A stretch of DNA of 64,000 nucleotides, taken from positions 64,001 through 128,000 of the forward strand of contig JANRKO010000045.1 of NCBI GenBank assembly GCA_033763455.1, in the 5' to 3' direction. How positions within the stretch are numbered: position 1 is the stretch's first letter; every line of letters begins with the position of its first letter. This stretch comes from Polyangiaceae bacterium (GTDB lineage Bacteria; Myxococcota_A; Polyangia; Polyangiales; Polyangiaceae). The position numbers and the translations under genes were made by a program. The notes beneath the pieces were generated by a model. The model did not search any database. It saw only the letters and a list, made by a program, of their open reading frames with translations, and had not been told where the DNA came from. This document shows positions 59,576 through 64,000 of the stretch, piece after piece.

Positions 59576-60060
59576 AAAACCTTCGCTGGTACCGGAGCCG
59601 TCACAACATGCTTGCCACAAGAGCAAACGAGCTTTTCTCGATTGTAGATGCGCCGGCGAAAATGCCCCGGCACATAGTCGACGATCGTTGTCGGCTTGGG
59701 TGACGCAATCTTCTGCAATTCGTCCTTGCCACACTTCGGGCAACACCGAAGTGGCTCCGGTACCGGCGTCTCGACCGTTTCCGTCGTCATCGTTGCTGCC
59801 TTCAGCTCAGCGTTCTTTTCGCGAGTGCGCTGACTTTGCACCGGATCAGGCTTCTTACCGCGCCGGACCTCGCGCGCCATCGGCGGCATTTTCTCGCTCT
59901 TCTTCCCAAAGATGTGCCGCTTCAATGCCTCGATTTCGGCCTTAGCGCGCTCCATTTCGGCCCTGGTGCGCTCCATCTCAGCCTTCGAGTGCTCAAGCTC
60001 CGCGGTGATCTTGCTCACCTCGTTTTTCCACTCGCACTCGTGGCTCTGCTCGCCCATCGA

Positions 60061-60465
60061 CTAGGTTTGATCAAAGTTTGGCTGATCTGTCGATCCCTTT
60101 TTTTCTCTTTCTTCACTCGATGTTTGCCAGTGTCGAGCGCGGCGCACCATGTTCACGTCGATGCCATCCAGCAGCATCGCCAGTTCGGTCGAATCGAGCT
60201 CAGTATGTGTGCTCGCGCTCTTCACCTTAGGAAGACGAAAGCAGCCGCGCTCCAAACGCTTGTAATACAAGACGAATCCACCGCGGTCCCAGAAGAGGAT
60301 CTTGCAACGGTCGCGCCGCTTGCCGACAAAAATGAAGAGATGCCCTGCGAAAAGCTCGCGTTTCCAGTCGTTCCGGACAATGGCAGCCAAGCCATCGTGC
60401 CCCCGCCGCATGTCGACGGGCTCCGCGGCAATCCACAACTTCACGCTCAACGGTAACGTCAGCAT
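60061..60465 (-). CDS. tnpB: IS66 accessory protein
   Basis: PVDMRRG.DGL, LFIF..KRRDRCKILFWDRGGF.L..KRLE.G.F. Confidence 0.95.
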   Translation of the reverse strand: MLTLPLSVKLWIAAEPVDMRRGHDGLAAIVRNDWKRELFAGHLFIFVGKRRDRCKILFWDRGGFVLYYKRLERGCFRLPKVKSASTHTELDSTELAMLLDGIDVNMVRRARHWQTSSEEREKKGSTDQPNFDQT

Positions 60466-60761
60466 CAGCCGCGCAGCGCACGCATCACAGCCGCGACATA
60501 CTCGGAGCTCGCCCCAATGAGCGCCACAACCGGCGCTTCCGGTCCATGGGTCAGGAGCTCGTGACGCACCTTCACCGGCACGAATCGCGCCAGCGGTGCT
60601 CGCCGCCGCGACACCCGCTTCTTGCTAGACATCACCCGCCCTTTCAAAGTGTACGGGTTTACGCCGTGTTTCTTAGCCAACTCGTGATACGTCGCGCCGC
60701 CTGCACGGTACTCCTCCACCACCGAGTTCCAGAACTTATCGTCTCGTCGCTCAACTTTCAT
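60465..60761 (-). CDS. tnpA: IS66 accessory HTH protein
   Basis: HTH-like (FW..VVEEY..ELAKKHGVNPYTL), FVPV motif; first ORF in the IS. Confidence 0.8.
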   Translation of the reverse strand: MKVERRDDKFWNSVVEEYRAGGATYHELAKKHGVNPYTLKGRVMSSKKRVSRRRAPLARFVPVKVRHELLTHGPEAPVVALIGASSEYVAAVMRALRG

Positions 60762-61400
60762 CGGCAACAAGTAACCCGAACGCCGGCTTCATCAGGCCCT
60801 GTACTTCACGCTACGGTTACGGCCTATCGCCGTCAGAACTTAGTGGCCAATAGCCAAGTGCTCCTGGATATTCTTGATGATGGAACCGTGTGCCGCTCGG
60901 CAGATCTCGCTGTTAACTGGTCCTCGGTAGCCCTTTCTGGAACCGTGAACAGCGATGCTGTGTGGACGGGCGCCGAGTTCTTTGTCTGGGGTCACGATAC
61001 CAACAACACTCCGACAGCATTTCACAGCCCGGATGGTTCGTCTTGGGTGGCCACAACCACTTCGCTCGCGGGCCAGCGTGGCCCCGAGCTCAATCGGATC
61101 GGAGTGAGCGACACAGGAACCTTCGTGGCAACGAACGGCGGCGTTTACGAGCAGCAGCACTTCTACGGAAGCCAAGATGGCATCTCGTGGGTGGAAGTGC
61201 CTGAAGGAGCCTTCACACCGAGCCACACCATCAACTTTATCCGCCACGGTCGAGGCAACAAGCCGGCAGTATGCAACGAATGAAACTCATATCCTATTTT
61301 CCGCGAGTCCGTGTGTGCGCACAAAAAGAAATGCCTACTCCGCAGGCCGGTGAATGCTTGCAGAGTAGGCACTTTGGCCAGAGATACCTCCGACTCCTGG

Positions 61401-61730
61401 TTACCACCAACGCTTGAACTTCCCGTCACGGCCCCGGTACCGCTCCACCGGGGGGTCCCAGGATGCGACTCGTCCCAGCAGCTGCAAAGCACCGCCCCCT
61501 ATGATTGCTGCGATGCCGAGGCGTGCCCAAACGTTCGAGCTACCCGCCGGTACCCGCGGAGTAGGCTGCGGTGCGGATACCGGGTGGGCTGCCGGTGGGA
61601 CGCCTGGGGGGATGGTGAGACCTCCGGCTTCGGGGGAGGCGTCCAGATCCCGCGTGAGCACAGCCCTTTCGGAGCGCTCAATTCCGCTCTTTTCCGCTTC
61701 AGTAGGTGACGATGATTCAATAATTGCCAT
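61401..61730 (-). CDS. Small hypothetical protein with one hydrophobic segment
   Basis: AGAGGA RBS before ATG 61730; 109 aa, ends YRGRDGKFKRWW. Confidence 0.55.
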   Translation of the reverse strand: MAIIESSSPTEAEKSGIERSERAVLTRDLDASPEAGGLTIPPGVPPAAHPVSAPQPTPRVPAGSSNVWARLGIAAIIGGGALQLLGRVASWDPPVERYRGRDGKFKRWW

Positions 61731-61833
61731 ATTATCCTCTCGGTTGTGGGTAAAATCCAGGAACTTTGGCACGAACAAACAGCTGCTCGTGCCCTGCCCC
61801 AGGATGTCTTTATTGCCGCGCGCTTGGACCCGG

Positions 61834-62094
61834 TCATGTCCGCAACCCCTGCAGAAGCATCGCGACGCGGTCGGCGATCCCCTTCAGCGCTACGCTCAAC
61901 AGGTGATCCGCCAGCAGACGGTCAATCCACAGAAGGCCTCCAGTGTTCCGATCGATTGGCAATCGATCAGTGATCACATTCCGGGCACTTACGCCGATGG
62001 ACGAGGCAGTCTGCGGATCAGCACCCTGCTGCGAATCCCCGGCATTCTGCGCGGTCTCGATACATGCCGGCGGTTCGATTCCCGGCGCCTCCAC
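61834..62094 (-). other. Orphan open frame starting in attR: predicted C-terminal extension of integrase 1 in the excised circle
   Basis: 86 open codons beginning VEAPGIEP, the same frame in which integrase 1 crosses attL. Confidence 0.7.
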
Positions 62095-63347
62095 CCATTT
62101 TCATCGGATTTTTCTGGGGTATTTTGGGACGCGACATGAGACGCGACATGAACTTCAGGTTCACCTTCGTTCGTGTCGCCATGTGCCGAGGGGGCGGCTA
62201 GGGCTCGGCCGAACCGTGACGGCAGCGCTGGCGGAGGCAGAGAAACTCCGGCGAGCGGCTCTCCGTAGTCCAAGCACCCCACCGCTTCGCACAGGGGCGC
62301 CCAATCAAAATGGGTGTACTGGTCGATGATGACCCCGGTCGCGTTGTGGGTGACGCGTTCAAGTACATCGGAGCGCGCACCACCCCGTCGAGCCCAGGTG
62401 ATCATAGTGTGCCGGGTCAGGTGGCAGCCCTCGAAGCGAACGCCGACGAGCCCACAGGCGTGGCGCATGGCCTTGTACGCGCTCGATTTGGTGTGGTTGC
62501 CGCCGCGGGTAGCCGGGACAATGAAGTCGTCCAGGGTCGGAGGCCGGCAAAATGTCAACTCGAAGCCATGCTCCCACCAGTCCCGGAGGATCGCGTCGAG
62601 GTCGGGGTGGACGGGAACCTTGCGTGCGCTGTCGGTTTTAAGGGGTTCGTCCAAGTACTGAGTGCTCACATGCAAACTTCCAAGCGGCTCCACTTTGGGA
62701 TCCCAATCCCGCCACCGACGGCCGCAGGCTTCACCTTCACGGACGCCACAGTACAACATCAATGCGAGCAGCACGCGCACAGACGGAGTTAGTCTTTCAT
62801 CGTGCAGCAGAGTGCGCGCCTCTTCCCGAGTGTAAACTCGGCGTTCGGAGCGTGGCGGTTTTGGGAGCAGCTTGCGCGGCAGCGCTAGAAAAGGATCGAC
62901 GGCGATTAGCCCTTCAAGCCTTGCGTCGCGGAACATTGTACGCACTACCCCCCGCACGCTCCTTGCAGTCCTTGCCGCCAATTCATTCCCGCGCACCTTT
63001 TCGCCGAGCCAGCGAACGTAACGCAGCGCCTCGGGCTCTCCGATTTCGTGCAAATGTATTTTGGTGCCAAAGTATCCGACAAAGTGATCGCGCAAGCGCT
63101 GACGGTCATCCTTAGCTGTCCGATTAGTGCGCGCCTTGCCCCACGTTTCAGCATATTTCGCAGCAGATACGGCACCTGTGTGCTGGCCAGGTTGAAATCT
63201 ACCTTCGCGTATTTCGCGTTTCCGGAGAGACTCGATCCGCTGGGCTTCTCGCTTGTCGGTCCCGACTAGTTCCTGAAGTTGACGACCTTGGAACTGATAG
63301 GTTGCAAAATGGACGCTCTTGCCCGATGCACGCTTGCGGCTAAACAT
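61989..63347 (-). CDS. Tyrosine recombinase/integrase of a second, tandem element; ORF crosses the att core
   Basis: GVREGE (R), HLTRHT (HxxR), THN...DQY (H..Y). Confidence 0.9.
   Translation of the reverse strand: MFSRKRASGKSVHFATYQFQGRQLQELVGTDKREAQRIESLRKREIREGRFQPGQHTGAVSAAKYAETWGKARTNRTAKDDRQRLRDHFVGYFGTKIHLHEIGEPEALRYVRWLGEKVRGNELAARTARSVRGVVRTMFRDARLEGLIAVDPFLALPRKLLPKPPRSERRVYTREEARTLLHDERLTPSVRVLLALMLYCGVREGEACGRRWRDWDPKVEPLGSLHVSTQYLDEPLKTDSARKVPVHPDLDAILRDWWEHGFELTFCRPPTLDDFIVPATRGGNHTKSSAYKAMRHACGLVGVRFEGCHLTRHTMITWARRGGARSDVLERVTHNATGVIIDQYTHFDWAPLCEAVGCLDYGEPLAGVSLPPPALPSRFGRALAAPSAHGDTNEGEPEVHVASHVASQNTPEKSDENGWRRRESNRRHVSRPRRMPGIRSRVLIRRLPRPSA
62072..62094 (+). repeat. attR of island 1 / left junction of element 2 (23-bp copy of the tmRNA 3' end)
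   Basis: Exact match to 12147-12169. Confidence 0.95.
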
Positions 63348-63750
63348 GATTCGTACCTCTCATTCCGATCCAAGAAATTAGTTCAGACCTAAGGAAGCGC
63401 CATGCTGATCCGATTCGATGGGCGGGAAGTTGGTACTCGCGATGCCATGACACGACGGTTTTTCCGCAAACTCCCAACAGCTTCGCGGCATCGTTGAGCG
63501 TGAGGACTTCATCCGTTGCCGAGATCCTCTTCGGCACGGTGTCGCGCGCCAAGGCGTGGCCCCCGCCAGGAAGTCGACATTGAGGCGCACGTTGCTGGTG
63601 GGCAGGCTCGGTTGATTCAACACCGGTCCGACGCCTAGCGTCGCCCGAGCCAACCCATCCGCCTCGACCTCCGCGTCGGCTCGCGGGGCCAACATCGTCG
63701 TGTTCATGCGCATTGTGCGCCAAATTCGCAAATTTTGTTGCTCTAGACAT
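63340..63750 (-). CDS. Excisionase-like HTH protein
   Basis: EVLTLNDAAKLLGV..KTV..W...LPAHRIG..WRF.RSEL..W; overlaps the integrase start; start uncertain. Confidence 0.88.
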   Translation of the reverse strand: MSRATKFANLAHNAHEHDDVGPASRRGGRGGWVGSGDARRRTGVESTEPAHQQRAPQCRLPGGGHALARDTVPKRISATDEVLTLNDAAKLLGVCGKTVVSWHREYQLPAHRIGSAWRFLRSELISWIGMRGTNHV

Positions 63751-64000
63751 GCGGTAACCTGTCCAAAACAGGTATCAGCCGGCCCTCATACCGTGCAATC
63801 GGGCTCCAGAAATGGGGGGGCCCCGGCGCTCCCTACCCAACGATAAGCTCTGCCGTTTTTCCACTCCAACGTAGGATGCTGCTGTGCGTAAGCAACTTGG
63901 GCCGAAGTGGCGTCGCGCGCGTGGACCGTGCGCTGATTAACACGACCCTCCACCGTGCGAGATTCGCCGGAAGGGATCAAATGCGCACGCAGGCGCTCAC

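Larger units (their letters stand above)
57229..60057 (-). pseudogene. tnpC: IS66 transposase interrupted by IS256
   Basis: 60057-59576 joined to 58219-57229 is in frame (490 aa); FGKKSEK, CPKCG, ADET, DAY.GY, CLAHARRKF, DNNQSER, GRKN. Confidence 0.93.
57172..60820 (-). mobile_element. IS66-family insertion sequence (carries an IS256 inside tnpC)
   Basis: Terminal IRs start GTAACCGTAGCG; 8-bp TSD GGCCTATC at 57164-57171 and 60821-60828; tnpA-tnpB-tnpC order. Confidence 0.95.
56247..61283 (+). pseudogene. Asp-box/BNR beta-propeller lipoprotein (cassette 7 partner) split by IS66
   Basis: 56247-57171 joined to 60829-61283 is in frame (...KSAYR/RQNLV..., 459 aa); SCDDGQSW, SADGVNW, SPDGSSW and SQDGISW Asp-boxes. 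Confidence 0.88.
12147..62094. mobile_element. About 50 kb genomic island integrated at the ssrA 3' end
   Basis: 23-bp direct repeats, tyrosine integrase plus HTH excisionase-like gene at the left end, and a shared GATCGATT arm motif inside both ends. Confidence 0.9.
62072..64000. mobile_element. Start of a second integrative element at the same tmRNA att site (continues beyond the window)
   Basis: att core, integrase and excisionase in the same arrangement as island 1. Confidence 0.8.

Noticed and set aside
60546..61283. 245-aa ORF as an independent gene
   Set aside because: Its first part is antisense IS66 sequence; the rest is the 3' half of the gene interrupted at 57171.
12170..62071. 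Island as a prophage or a secondary-metabolite cluster
   Set aside because: No capsid, terminase, tail, PKS/NRPS or recognisable RiPP genes seen.
62030..62097. Possible tRNA gene
   Set aside because: Only the T-loop and 3' acceptor half match; no complementary 5' stem. It is the duplicated tmRNA end (attR).

Overview
GC-rich bacterial chromosome segment. The gene style (Gly/Ser-linker lipoproteins, FecR-TPR anti-sigma, SUMF1-type lipoprotein) suggests a myxobacterium (inference). Bases 1-12.2 kb are ordinary chromosome: purE, purK, an SCO protein, a PAS hybrid kinase, a K+ channel, TIGR01777, an AAA ATPase and the tmRNA gene ssrA (11823-12168, tag ANDNALALAA). A ~50 kb genomic island is integrated in the ssrA 3' end, bounded by a 23-bp direct repeat (12147-12169 and 62072-62094), and a second tandem element starts at the right repeat. 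The island carries seven copies of a cassette made of a CxxCH lipoprotein (DUF1592/1588-type) and a twin-arginine His-rich protein (DUF1552-type), usually with a different surface lipoprotein. It also carries a heme-c/copper monooxygenase, a CBM protein, two ECF sigma factors and a nested IS256-in-IS66 insertion. The strongest leads are: (1) the 7x cassette array on a mobile island; (2) both integrase ORFs read through their att cores, so excision would swap their C-termini (integrase 1: 13-aa tail from antisense tmRNA when integrated, 78-aa open tail when excised); (3) an exact TAACCC-N17-CACTCAC motif 4-6 nt before the start codons of both ECF genes and cassette 1, which looks like a leaderless ECF promoter. 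Family names come from motif recognition by eye, not database searches.
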